The translations under genes and the position numbers were made by a program. 64,000 nt of DNA, from assembly GCA_903955385.1 (NCBI GenBank), contig CAJBNH010000072.1, positions 40,063 through 104,062 of the forward strand. The letters run 5' to 3'. The DNA is from an uncultured Myxococcales bacterium (GTDB lineage: Bacteria > Myxococcota_A > UBA9042). The number at the start of each line of letters is the position of its first letter. The first letter of the stretch is position 1. Shown one piece after another: positions 1 to 10,078 of the stretch. Below the pieces are notes generated by a model. It did not search any database and was not told the origin of the DNA. It saw nothing but the letters and a program-made list of their open reading frames with translations.

Positions 1-1
1 T

Positions 2-1702
2 CTGTACCTGGCAGGGCGTCTGTTCTTCTCCGACCGCTACACCATCGGCCCCAAGGGGCGCTTGGCGCGGCCGTTCGCGCTGCTGGCGGCGGTGGGCTAC
101 CTGTGCCTGCCTCGGCCGTTTTACCATGCGCATCTGGCGGTGTTCGACACCACGATCACGGCGCTGCTGCTGCTGACGACGTTCGCCTGGCACCGCTCGC
201 TGCGGTCGAAGCCTTGGATCTGGATCACGGCCGTGCTGTGGGGGCTGTCGCTGCTGGCCAAGCACAACGCCTTCTTCCTGCCGGTGCCGTTCGTGGTGCA
301 TTGGCTGTGGAATGGGTGGCGCGAGCGGCAGATCCGCGTCGTGGCACCGCTTTCCGGCTGGAAGTCGTGGGCGACTCTGGCTGCGGCCGGCGCGCTTGCG
401 GTGTTGGCGGCGGTCCTGGTGCACCCTGCGGCAGGGCTGGCACTCGGACTGTGGGCGCTGGCGAGTCGCAAGCGAGAAGTGGAGCTGCCGCCCGTGCCGA
501 TGGCGTTTTTCGCGATGCTGCCGATCGGCTTTGCGATGTTGGTCGCGTTCTGGCCGCTGCTGTGGGTCGACCCGCTGGAGAATCTGGCGCGCTGGATCGA
601 GTTCCACCTGCACCACGAACACTACATGCAGGCCTACTTTGGCAAGGTGGAAGCGCTGCCGCCGTTCCCGGTCGAATTCCCTTGGGCGATGACGCTGTTT
701 TCTTGGCCGTTGACGTTGCTAGCGCTGTTCCTCGTGGGTCTGGTGGTGGTGTACCTGCCCCGTCGGCTGCCGGTCTGGTGGCCGCGTCGTCTGCGCCTGA
801 TGGCGGCGACAAACGGTTGGGCGGTTTCGACAGGATTCGCGACGGGCGATTTGGACGACCGTGGCCGCAGCGCCGAGCAGCGGTCCCTCGACCGGTTGAC
901 GCTGCTCTCGGCCCTGTGGCCCATGGCGCTCATCTCGATGCCGGGCACGCCGATCTTCGGCGGCATCAAGCACTGGATGCTTGCGTATCCCTTCATGCTT
1001 CTCATCGCAGCCAGGGGGGCTCAGGCGATTTGGTGTGGCTTGGTGCGCTGGGCGGGCATGGTGCCGACAGCCGACGAGTCGAGGTCGCCCGCGGAGGCCT
1101 TCGAGCTTCAGTCGACTTCACAGGTGGCCGGTTCGTGGCTGCGCAGGTGGACGTCCCGAGCGGCGATCACGGTGCTGGCTTGGTGCATCGCCGCCGTCGC
1201 GCTGGCACCCGCGGCCCGAGCCACCGCCGACATCCACCCCCACGGCACCGCCTACTACAACGAGCTGTTGGGCGGTGTCCCCGGTGCCACTGAGTACGGC
1301 ATGCAGCGTCAGTTCTGGGGCGGAGCGACGCGCGACGGCTTGGAGGAAGTCAACCGCCGCGCGCCAGCCAGGTCCTCGATTTACTTCCATAAGTCGGCGT
1401 GGGGCGCGTTTGTCATGTACCAGCGTGAGGGCTGGTTCCGCCGCGACCTGCACTACGGCGGCGACCCGGCCGGCACCGCCCTCGGCTTCTACCACCACCA
1501 GTGGGACCACGACGATTACGAGCTGGACCTGATGGCCGACTACGGCACCCGTGCGCCGGTCTGGCAGCGCGATCATCAGGGAGTCCCTCTGCTTTCCGTC
1601 TACGAGCGACCCGGCACGCGCCATCCGTCGCCGCCGCCCGCCCCACGCCCGGCGGCCGCCTTACCCGCAGTTCCTCGTCCGCCCGTCGCCCCCGTGAAGT
1701 GA
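2..1702 (+). CDS. GT-C fold membrane glycosyltransferase (ArnT/PMT, GT39/GT83-like), 5'-truncated by the window edge
   Basis: Frame is open from base 2 (LYLAGRLFFSDRY...). Many hydrophobic helices, plus motifs FDTTIT, GLSLLAKHN, WPLLW..P, HYMQAYFG, YYNELLGG..GA and FWG typical of this family. Confidence 0.75.
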   Translation: MYLAGRLFFSDRYTIGPKGRLARPFALLAAVGYLCLPRPFYHAHLAVFDTTITALLLLTTFAWHRSLRSKPWIWITAVLWGLSLLAKHNAFFLPVPFVVHWLWNGWRERQIRVVAPLSGWKSWATLAAAGALAVLAAVLVHPAAGLALGLWALASRKREVELPPVPMAFFAMLPIGFAMLVAFWPLLWVDPLENLARWIEFHLHHEHYMQAYFGKVEALPPFPVEFPWAMTLFSWPLTLLALFLVGLVVVYLPRRLPVWWPRRLRLMAATNGWAVSTGFATGDLDDRGRSAEQRSLDRLTLLSALWPMALISMPGTPIFGGIKHWMLAYPFMLLIAARGAQAIWCGLVRWAGMVPTADESRSPAEAFELQSTSQVAGSWLRRWTSRAAITVLAWCIAAVALAPAARATADIHPHGTAYYNELLGGVPGATEYGMQRQFWGGATRDGLEEVNRRAPARSSIYFHKSAWGAFVMYQREGWFRRDLHYGGDPAGTALGFYHHQWDHDDYELDLMADYGTRAPVWQRDHQGVPLLSVYERPGTRHPSPPPAPRPAAALPAVPRPPVAPVK

Positions 1703-1774
1703 AGGCGGTTGAAGCCGGGGGCCAACGCCCCTACACTGACGCGCCTCGTGGATAGCCCTAGGAGTCGATTCCCC

Positions 1775-3394
1775 ATGCCCCTCGCGCCCGCTCGCTCGTC
1801 AGTCACCCGGCGTGCGCGCCTCGTCGCGTGGGTTTGGGCTTGCCTGCTGGTCGCGCTGCCCGTTCGCGCACAGACGCAAGAACCCGCGGCGCCGGGGCCC
1901 CCGGACGCGCGCCCGCTCGTGACGCTCGAGTGGTCGGGTGAGGCCCGCCTGCGCACCGAGTGGCTGCAGGGCGTGGGTCTGGTGACCGACTCGACCAACA
2001 CCCCGCTTCGCTTCGGCTTGCGCCACGACGGCTCAACGATGGACCCGCTGCTGTCGGGCGGCAGCGTTGGCACAGGGGACCTGCGTCTGCGTCTGCGGCC
2101 GGTGCTGCGGGTGGCCGAGTGGTCTGAGGTGCACGCGCAGCTCGACCTTGCCGATGGTCTGGTGCTCGGCGACCTGTCGCGCGAAGACTTTCTGGCTCGG
2201 CTGACCGGCGACCCGTCGCAGTCGGTGACCAGCGGCATCGCGGTGCGGCGGTTGTGGGCGAAAGTGCGCCTGTTTGGTCTGGCTGAGCTGTTGGTGGGGC
2301 GCACGCCGGACCACTTCGGCATGGGCGTGCTGCGCAATCAGGGTGGCTCGCTGGGCGGCGACTATCAATCCGACGTCGACCGAGTCGCCGTGCTGACCGA
2401 CCTGATCGGCGTGCACTGGATGCTCGCCCGCGACACGATGGCCAGCTGGCCGGTGACGCGCTCGACCGGTGAGGACCCGCTGCAGTCGTGGGAGGATGCC
2501 GCCGACGTGATCCGCTGGGTGGTCGAGGCCTCTGGAGGTCGCAAGCCTGCAGATACACAAGGTCTTGCCTGGTCGGCCGCGGTGCTATGGCAGACGCAGG
2601 ACCGGGGCTTGTCTCTGGAACACGACGTGGACCCGGCCGGTCCCGTGCTCGTCGACTCGACCGATTGCCTGGTCGTCGGCACTTGCGCGGGCGTCGTGCC
2701 TCGCGGTGCGTCGATCGTGACTTCGCAGGCGGCGCTGGACTGGCGCTCGGGCGACCTGCACTTCGAAGCGGAAGGTGCCTTCCAGTACGGCACGTTCGAA
2801 CGCACGGAGCCCTTGCCGCGCACCGACACGTCCAAGACGCTGGTGGCGGGCGGCTTTGCGACCCGCACCACGTGGCGGCGCGGTCCCGGCGAGCTGAAGC
2901 TGGACGCAGGCCTGGCGACGGGAGAGGGCGACGGCGGCTTCGGCGTGCTGGACACGGACAACTTTCACCAACCGGGCTCGTCGGACGCCCAGCGGTCACT
3001 GCTGACCGGCTTTCGCTTCCACCGAGAATTCCGTGTAGACGGCCTGATGTTCCGCGATCTGATCGGAGCCGTCGCCAACGCTTGGTACGTGCGGCCCTCT
3101 TGGCGCCACGACCTGTTGCCGACCGGCACCGACACCGGGCTTCGTGTGGAAGCGGCCGTTCTGACCGCCGGTGCCGCCTCGCCCGACGCGACCCCTGGCG
3201 GCGCGGAGTGGCTGGGGCTCGAACCAGAGCTTGTCCTCGACTACCGCGGCGCTTCCTGCGGGACCGGCCTGTGTCTCGAGGGGCAGCTGCGCGGTTCCTG
3301 GCTGATGCCCGGAGCGGCGTGGGACGACGGCACCGGTGGGCTCGCCGCTCAGTCGGCTTGGCGCACGGAAGCCCTGTTGCGGCTTGCGTTCTGA
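1775..3394 (+). CDS. Outer-membrane beta-barrel, TIGR04551-like (myxobacterial alginate-export-type barrel)
   Basis: Signal peptide ending VRA-Q and GGAG RBS at 1761. Motifs GRTPDHFGMG..N.G, D..SDVDRV and FRFHREFRVDGLMFRDLIGAVANAWYVRP; C-terminal aromatic (LAF). Confidence 0.7.
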   Translation: MPLAPARSSVTRRARLVAWVWACLLVALPVRAQTQEPAAPGPPDARPLVTLEWSGEARLRTEWLQGVGLVTDSTNTPLRFGLRHDGSTMDPLLSGGSVGTGDLRLRLRPVLRVAEWSEVHAQLDLADGLVLGDLSREDFLARLTGDPSQSVTSGIAVRRLWAKVRLFGLAELLVGRTPDHFGMGVLRNQGGSLGGDYQSDVDRVAVLTDLIGVHWMLARDTMASWPVTRSTGEDPLQSWEDAADVIRWVVEASGGRKPADTQGLAWSAAVLWQTQDRGLSLEHDVDPAGPVLVDSTDCLVVGTCAGVVPRGASIVTSQAALDWRSGDLHFEAEGAFQYGTFERTEPLPRTDTSKTLVAGGFATRTTWRRGPGELKLDAGLATGEGDGGFGVLDTDNFHQPGSSDAQRSLLTGFRFHREFRVDGLMFRDLIGAVANAWYVRPSWRHDLLPTGTDTGLRVEAAVLTAGAASPDATPGGAEWLGLEPELVLDYRGASCGTGLCLEGQLRGSWLMPGAAWDDGTGGLAAQSAWRTEALLRLAF

Positions 3395-3591
3395 CCCAGG
3401 CGTGCGGCGTTCAGCGGTGCTCGGTCGTCACCCGTGCAGACGGCAGGTCCGTCACGGGCCGATTTGAATCCCCCAGTCTGCGCGTGTACGATGCCGGGTT
3501 CTGCGCTGGCGCCACTCGTTCTCGGGAGGTGCGGCACCGCAAGGCCCATCGCCCGCCACGATGAACCGGAGACCAGGAGACCACGACGCCC

Positions 3592-6500
3592 ATGACGACC
3601 CTCTTCCGCTCGCGGCTCTGGCCGGCGCTCGTCGGATTCGCCGTCGTCGTCGGCTGCGGCAACCCTGACGCCGCGACCACCAAGGACACCGCTGCGCCCG
3701 ACGCGGAGGTGGCCGACAGCGAGGACGGGGCCGCTACCGACGCAGTGGCGCCCGACACGTTGGACGTTCTCGAAGTCGACGACGGCGGTGCCGACACCCA
3801 GAGCACCGACACGTTGGACGTGCTTGCGGATCTGGAGCCTCAGGACGCGGCGACCGACATCGCTCCCGATCTCGTGACCGATCTGGATGCGCCCGCCGAC
3901 CTCGGCTCGGATGCAGCTGAGGGCATTGCAGAGGACGTTGCCGAGGACATTCCGACCGACGTTGGCGACATCGGCAAGTCGACCCACGCCAAGGCCTGCC
4001 TGACTGACGCTGATTGCAAGATCCCGTGTGGCAAGGGTGTTTGCGTCGCGGGCTCGTGCGACTTCAAGACCGTGTACGGCGGTGCATGCCTGGTCGGTCA
4101 GGGGGCGGACAAGGTCGGCTGCTACGGTGCTGGTGAGCAGGCGGACGGCCTGCCTTGCCTCGTTTGCATGCCCGATCTGGCGAAGACCCAGCTCAGCGCG
4201 GTGGCGACGCTCTTGCCGATGGACGGTGGGGAAGGTTTTGAGCTGCTGGACGCCTATCAGTCCGGTATTACTTGGAATTTCCACGACAAGCGCACGATTG
4301 ACGGCAACAAGAGCCTGTATTTCGGCAACCCCACGACCGGAACGTATGCGGGGACCAAGCCCGCCAGTGGCACTGCGACCAGCCCGCCGCTGGACGTCCC
4401 TGCGGGAGGCAACGCCAAGCCCCAGCTGCAGTTTTGGCTCTGGCTCGACACTGAACAGACCGCTGGCTACGACCTCCTGACGGTGACCATCGTGCAAGGG
4501 GAGGCGGTCAAGCAGGTCTGGACCAGCGACACGATCGGCGGCTCCACCGATGGTGCCTGGCAGCGGGTCGTCGTCGACCTGGCGCCGTATGCCGGACAGT
4601 CGGTCAAGGTCGTGTTCGCGTTCGACACCAAGGATGCCTTCGTCAATGCTTTCGAGGGCGTCTACATCGACCGCCTGCTCGTCACCAGCGGCTGCTGCGG
4701 CGGCGTGTCCGATTGCGACGACGGCGATGCCTGCACCCTCGACACCTGCGCGGCCGATACCGACGGCGTGCCCGTTTGCGGCCATCAGGCCGTCTCCGGT
4801 TGCTGCTCAGTCCACGCCGACTGCGACGACGGCTTGGCGTGCACGGTGGACCTGTGCAGCGGTCCCGGCGGCACCTGCGCCCACTCGCCCAAGCCCAGCT
4901 GCTGCGCCGGCGCAAAGGACTGCGACGACGGCGATGCGTGCACGCTGGACAGCTGCCCGATCGTAGGCGGAGCCTGCGAACACGTGAACACCTGCTGCAA
5001 GACGGCGGCCGACTGCAAGACGTCCGACCCGTGTCAGGTGCCCTCGTGCTCGGGGGGCCAGTGCTCGTTCGCCTCGACGTGCTGCTCCACGGCAGCTGAA
5101 TGCGACGACTTCAACCCGTGCACCAAGGACGCTTGCAGCCAAGGGCAGTGCCTGTACACGCCGTCGACGGCTCCCGGCTGTTGCTCGCCTGACGTGCTGG
5201 GCTCTGCCTTCTCTGGTTCGGCGGAGGGATGGACGTCTTCGGCAGCGCAGAACGGTCTGGACTGGCACTACAAGGCGTCGGACGCGGCCAAGAGCCCCCC
5301 GGGTGTGCTGCACTTTGGCGACGCCGGCAAGGACACCTACAGCCTGTCCAACGTCAAGATCAAGGTCACGGCAGCCTCACCGCCGTTCACCCTGATCTCA
5401 GGCAACGAGGCTTCGCTGACGTTTGAGGTCTCCGGACAGCAGGCGGGCTCTGGCAACACCCTGCGCGTCTACACGATCGTCGACAACGTCGAGGTGACGC
5501 TGACGACCATCCAGTCCTACACGATCTCGAACGTATGGAAGCTGTTCACGATCGACTTGACTCCGGTGGCGGGTCGCACGCTGCAAGTCTACTTCGAGGC
5601 CAACGTCGGCAACGGCTTTGGCACCGTCAGCGGTCAAGGCGTGCTGGTCGACAACATTCAGGTGAAATCGACCTGCCAGATCCGCAAGTGCTCGACCAGC
5701 GCCAACTGTCCGTCGGGCCCCTTCTCTTGTCTCACTGGCGTCTGCACGAACGGACAGTGCACGTACCCCACGTCCTGCTGTGCTTCGTCGGCGGAGTGCG
5801 ACGACAGCAACCTCTGCACCACCGACTCGTGCAACAGCTCTGGCAAGTGCACGTTTGCGGAACAGGCCGGGTGCTGCATGGGCAGCGGCGACTGCAACGA
5901 CAATAACGCTTGCACCACAGATACTTGCACCGGGCCTGGAGGGCAGTGCGTGTTCTCGCCGATCTCCGGGTGCTGTCTCAGCTCCGCCGCCTGCAACGAT
6001 CAGGACACCTGCACCGCCGACGACTGCGTGGACCAGAAGTGCAAGTACACCAACCTGTGCTGCGCGAGCGACAAGGAATGCGACGACGGAGAGACCAAGT
6101 GCTCCATCGACAAGTGCGTCGCGAAGTCCTGCGTGCACGAATCGACCGGTGCCGCCGGCTGCTGTCAGCCGATCGCTTGGTCCAACGCCTTCGAAGTGTC
6201 TGACCTGAAGGGGATCGCCATCTCGAACAGCGTCTCCGCCTCCAAGGGGTGGCAGATCTGGACGCCTGCGTGGGTCAGCAAGTCCCCATCGGGCGTGCTG
6301 TATTACGGCGATCCCACGCTGCAGAACTACAACTTCGGGGTCTCGTACGGGACGGCCAAGACGCCGACGGTGCAGCTGCCGGCCGACAAGCCGTCGGCGC
6401 TGACGTTTTGGCTGTACACGGACACCGAAGCTGGCGGCTTCTACGACGTGCTGACGGCGACGCTGTTCGTCAACGGCGCCAACGCCGGGCAGGTGTGGTC

Positions 6501-6672
6501 CAACAGCGCGATCTTGGTAGGCAAATGGACGCAGGTCAAGATCGACCTGACGGCGCACAAGGGCAAGCAGGTTCGCATCGACCTGAAATTTGATACGAAA
6601 GACGGGCTGAGCAACAGCGGCAAGGGCGTGTTCGTGGACGACCTTGCGTTCACGACGGCGTGCGAAGGCTGA
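3592..6672 (+). CDS. Large Cys-rich acidic lipoprotein with CDDGxxCTxDxC (Dictyostelium CTDC-like) repeats and three beta-sandwich (MAM/cleaved-adhesin-like) domains
   Basis: AGGAG RBS, lipobox VVGC, Asp-rich linker, repeated CDDG..CT.D.C units, three domains ending G(V/I)x(I/V)D(x)L. Confidence 0.7.
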   Translation: MTTLFRSRLWPALVGFAVVVGCGNPDAATTKDTAAPDAEVADSEDGAATDAVAPDTLDVLEVDDGGADTQSTDTLDVLADLEPQDAATDIAPDLVTDLDAPADLGSDAAEGIAEDVAEDIPTDVGDIGKSTHAKACLTDADCKIPCGKGVCVAGSCDFKTVYGGACLVGQGADKVGCYGAGEQADGLPCLVCMPDLAKTQLSAVATLLPMDGGEGFELLDAYQSGITWNFHDKRTIDGNKSLYFGNPTTGTYAGTKPASGTATSPPLDVPAGGNAKPQLQFWLWLDTEQTAGYDLLTVTIVQGEAVKQVWTSDTIGGSTDGAWQRVVVDLAPYAGQSVKVVFAFDTKDAFVNAFEGVYIDRLLVTSGCCGGVSDCDDGDACTLDTCAADTDGVPVCGHQAVSGCCSVHADCDDGLACTVDLCSGPGGTCAHSPKPSCCAGAKDCDDGDACTLDSCPIVGGACEHVNTCCKTAADCKTSDPCQVPSCSGGQCSFASTCCSTAAECDDFNPCTKDACSQGQCLYTPSTAPGCCSPDVLGSAFSGSAEGWTSSAAQNGLDWHYKASDAAKSPPGVLHFGDAGKDTYSLSNVKIKVTAASPPFTLISGNEASLTFEVSGQQAGSGNTLRVYTIVDNVEVTLTTIQSYTISNVWKLFTIDLTPVAGRTLQVYFEANVGNGFGTVSGQGVLVDNIQVKSTCQIRKCSTSANCPSGPFSCLTGVCTNGQCTYPTSCCASSAECDDSNLCTTDSCNSSGKCTFAEQAGCCMGSGDCNDNNACTTDTCTGPGGQCVFSPISGCCLSSAACNDQDTCTADDCVDQKCKYTNLCCASDKECDDGETKCSIDKCVAKSCVHESTGAAGCCQPIAWSNAFEVSDLKGIAISNSVSASKGWQIWTPAWVSKSPSGVLYYGDPTLQNYNFGVSYGTAKTPTVQLPADKPSALTFWLYTDTEAGGFYDVLTATLFVNGANAGQVWSNSAILVGKWTQVKIDLTAHKGKQVRIDLKFDTKDGLSNSGKGVFVDDLAFTTACEG

Positions 6673-6710
6673 CGACCGGTTCCCACGAACCGGCGTGCGA
6701 TGGGGGCGAC

Positions 6711-8855
6711 ATGCAGCGGCCATGGGCGACAACGGTGCAGTGGCTCGCGATTCTGGCGCTTGCGGGCGGGCTTGCCGCCTGTTCGGAAGACCCGGCGGCG
6801 ATAACGCCTCCGACCACCGACGCCGATGAGGTCGTGGACGAGATTGCCGACGATGTGACGGATGACACCGCGGTGCCGGACACCGTTGCCGATGGCGATG
6901 ACGTGCCGGACGCGACCGATCTGGACATCGAAGAGACCTTGGAGGAAGTCGCTGTCGACGCAGCCGAAGTTGGACCCGACGCCGCCGGATGTCAGGGCCC
7001 CGAAGACTGCACCGCCAAGTTGACGCTGAAGTCGTGCCAGGCCGCCGCGTGCGAGGAGGGCGTCTGCAAAGCCGTCACCATGCCGGGCGGGTGCTGCGAC
7101 GACGCTGAGTGCGACGATCAGGTGGACTGCACATCGGACATCTGCGACCCCGCGACCCACAAGTGCGGTTCAGAGCCCATCGCCAACTGCTGCAGCGGCA
7201 AGGTCACGTTGTTGAAGACCGGGTTTGAGGCAGGCGGACTCGAGGAGTTCGTGGTCTCCGACGCGGCGACCAACGGCAACGTGCAGTGGCAGGCGACCAA
7301 CTTCCGCGCGCACTCGGGCAAGTCCGCGTTGTACCTGGGCAACGAGTGCCGCACCTACGACAACGGCATGTCCGGCGACGAGGGCTGTCAGCCCGGCGCA
7401 GTGGGGACGGCCGTCTCCAGTCAGCTGACCAGCAAGGAATACGCTCTGCCCAAGGAGAAGTCGGCGCACCTGCACTTCTGGCTGTACCTGGATACCGAAC
7501 CGCCGTACGTCGGCACCCTGCCCAAGGGCAACTGCGCGACCCCGTGTGGCCCCTCCGCAGCGTGCATCAGCGTCAACGGCGCGCCGCAGTGCGTTCCGGA
7601 GAAGGACGTGCTGTCGATCCAGGTCGTGACCGCCGACAAGTCCGCCGCCGTGTTCCATTCCACCAGCATTGGCAAGACGACGGGCGGGAACTGGCGGCAT
7701 GTGGCGGTCGATCTCAGCGAGTGGGCCGGGCAGAACGTCAAGCTGCAGTGGCAGTTCCAGACCGGCACTGCGCTGAAGAACGGCTACGAGGGCGTGTACT
7801 TGGACGACATCGTGGTCGAAACCGTGTGCGCTGAGGGCACCGCCTGCAACGCCACGACCCCGTGTGTTGACGACGATCAGGCCTGCACCATCGACGCGTG
7901 CACGACCTACGCCAACCTGGACGGAGCAGGCTTCTGCTTCTCGGACAAGAAGGTCGGCTGCTGCTTGGGCAACAGCGACTGCGGCGACGGCAACTCATGC
8001 ACCGTAGACACCTGTGTGGAGGGCACTTGCTCCCACGCTCCCGACGCCACGCAGCCGACCTGCTGCAAGCCCGAGGTGCTGCTCTACGATGACTTCGACA
8101 CGGGCGACCTGACCACGTGGTCCGTCAAGGAAGCCAACTCGAATTTGGCCAAGTGGCGCATCGACCCGACGGGGGGCGTGAGCGGCAGCGACGCTCTGTT
8201 CTTTGGCACCGAAGCGATGACCGGCTATGCCGACGCACAGCTGGTCGATGACGGACCCACCGGCACGATCTGCTCGGGACCGGTGGTACTGAAGTCCGGA
8301 ACGCTCTTCGACTTGCTGACGTTCGACCTGCAGCTCGTCACCGAGTGGTCGGGACAGCCAGCCACCGCGTATCTCAACCCGCCCTTCGCCGGCCAGCCCA
8401 AGTTCGACGAGTTTACGGTGCAGGTCTACTACAATGGCGTCTTCACTCAGGCTTGGAGCAGCGACACCGTCTACGGCACGACCGAGGGCGAGTGGGTCGC
8501 AGTGACCGTTCCGCTGGATGCGTGGGCCGGCAAGACCGTCAACATTTGCCTGAAGTTTGACGCGGGCGACCCGCAGACCAACGACGAGGGCGGGGTTCGG
8601 ATCGACAACCTCGTGGCCAAGGTCGCGTGCGCCAAGAAGTCCTGCTACTTCGACTCGCAATGCGCGCAGATGACCTGCGCGAACCAGTGTGGCGTCCCCG
8701 CCTGCACCGAAGCCGGCTGCGCCTGCGTCGCCAAGCCGGGGTGCTGCTCGTCCGACGCCGACTGTGACGACGCCAACGCCTGCACGGTCGATACCTGCGG
8801 CATGGACACCAAGTGCATCCACTCGCCCAGCAACGGCGAGGGCTGCCCGGGCTGA
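6711..8855 (+). CDS. Paralogous Cys-rich acidic lipoprotein with two beta-sandwich domains
   Basis: Lipobox LAAC, Asp/Glu-rich linker, same Cys repeats and same domain motifs (ALYLGN, LxFWLYLDTE, WxxVxVDL..WAG..V, EGVYLDDI) as the upstream gene. Start refined to ATG 6711. Confidence 0.7.
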   Translation: MQRPWATTVQWLAILALAGGLAACSEDPAAITPPTTDADEVVDEIADDVTDDTAVPDTVADGDDVPDATDLDIEETLEEVAVDAAEVGPDAAGCQGPEDCTAKLTLKSCQAAACEEGVCKAVTMPGGCCDDAECDDQVDCTSDICDPATHKCGSEPIANCCSGKVTLLKTGFEAGGLEEFVVSDAATNGNVQWQATNFRAHSGKSALYLGNECRTYDNGMSGDEGCQPGAVGTAVSSQLTSKEYALPKEKSAHLHFWLYLDTEPPYVGTLPKGNCATPCGPSAACISVNGAPQCVPEKDVLSIQVVTADKSAAVFHSTSIGKTTGGNWRHVAVDLSEWAGQNVKLQWQFQTGTALKNGYEGVYLDDIVVETVCAEGTACNATTPCVDDDQACTIDACTTYANLDGAGFCFSDKKVGCCLGNSDCGDGNSCTVDTCVEGTCSHAPDATQPTCCKPEVLLYDDFDTGDLTTWSVKEANSNLAKWRIDPTGGVSGSDALFFGTEAMTGYADAQLVDDGPTGTICSGPVVLKSGTLFDLLTFDLQLVTEWSGQPATAYLNPPFAGQPKFDEFTVQVYYNGVFTQAWSSDTVYGTTEGEWVAVTVPLDAWAGKTVNICLKFDAGDPQTNDEGGVRIDNLVAKVACAKKSCYFDSQCAQMTCANQCGVPACTEAGCACVAKPGCCSSDADCDDANACTVDTCGMDTKCIHSPSNGEGCPG

Positions 8856-8957
8856 CCCGTCCTGTTCAGGGGTATCCCCGCGAGTTCTGCGGGGTTGCTC
8901 GTGCTGCAGGCCAGTCCCCACTTCCCGCGCGGCGGAATCCGCGCCTGTCGAGACCAG

Positions 8958-9854
8958 ATGCCAGCCCTCAGTGACCGCACCTTCAATCCCAAGGCTTGGG
9001 CCCGTCTGGCCCTGATTGGCGTCGCTCTGCTTGCCGTCGCCGGCCTCGTCTGGGCTTCGTCGGTCTATCACCGTGACCAGATCGAGGCGCCCCGCCTGCT
9101 GGAACAGCGATTCAACGACCCTCCTGGCCGCGTCGGTCCTTCCACGTCGCAAGTTTCCTACTTGGGGAAGCGGGCGGTGGAGACACTGGTGGACGACCTG
9201 AAGTCGGAAAAGGCCGACGAGCGCTCCAAGGCCTTGGAATTGCTATCGACCATTGATGACCCCCGCGTCATTCCCGCCTTGGGCGCGGCCCTGGGGGACC
9301 GCGACTTGGGCGTGCAGGTGTCCGCACTGGCCGGGCTGGCGCGCACCCGCAAGACCGCAGGGGCCGTCTATGTGTGGCCCCTGCTGCAACGCAACGACCC
9401 CTTCATCCGTCAGCGCGCGATGGTGACGCTTGGTCTGGTCGGCAGTCGGGCCGACGCGGAGAAGCTGCTCAAGACGCTGCCGGAGTTCTACAGCATCGAG
9501 CGGTACCTGCTGGCATGGTCAGCCGGGCGCATCCTGCGTCGACTGGAGCTGGGCGGACCGACCGGGTACTTGGCACCGCCGCCCGATCCGGGTGATGACG
9601 AAGGCTTGGCCCGTATCCATCAGGAGGTTCTGGGGCTGCACGCTGCTCTGGATGCCTTGCAGGACGTTCGAGCGACGGCGATGCGATTGTCGGCGCTGAC
9701 GGACGTCAATTTCGCTACTTGGGACTATGCCCACCAGATCAGTGCTCAGGTGATCGCGGTAGGAGGGCCCCTCGCGCTGCTTCGCGGCGTCGAGTCGGAA
9801 CTCACACCACCCCGGCCGACGCAGCGTCGTCTGGAGCTTGACGTGCAGCGGTGA
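8958..9854 (+). CDS. Membrane-anchored HEAT/PBS-repeat protein
   Basis: Single N-terminal TM helix followed by HEAT-like units (LVDDLKSE..DERSKALELL, LGAALGDRDLGVQVSALAGL, LLQRNDPFIRQRAMVTLG). Confidence 0.65.
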   Translation: MPALSDRTFNPKAWARLALIGVALLAVAGLVWASSVYHRDQIEAPRLLEQRFNDPPGRVGPSTSQVSYLGKRAVETLVDDLKSEKADERSKALELLSTIDDPRVIPALGAALGDRDLGVQVSALAGLARTRKTAGAVYVWPLLQRNDPFIRQRAMVTLGLVGSRADAEKLLKTLPEFYSIERYLLAWSAGRILRRLELGGPTGYLAPPPDPGDDEGLARIHQEVLGLHAALDALQDVRATAMRLSALTDVNFATWDYAHQISAQVIAVGGPLALLRGVESELTPPRPTQRRLELDVQR

Positions 9855-10078
9855 GCTCTGGTCAAGCGTTTGCGCCAGAGTTGCGACCGGCACCTCTGGT
9901 ACACACCACAGGGGTCTGTCAAACTTTGTGATTCGAGTCCCCGGAAGGGGCATCCGCCCGCGGCTGTGTGGTACAACCGCGGACTCCGTGAGGGTTCCCG
10001 CCCAAGCGGCGCGTGATTCCGGCCAGACCCGTGGCGGAATCTCAAGGCGAGGGTGCTCGGGGGGACGGAGGGTGTTTC

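Noticed and set aside
9900-9950. tRNA-like fragment (CTGTCAA...ATTCGAGTCCCC)
   Set aside because: No acceptor, D or T stems can be formed and the spacing is too short; it is more likely the promoter region of the response regulator.
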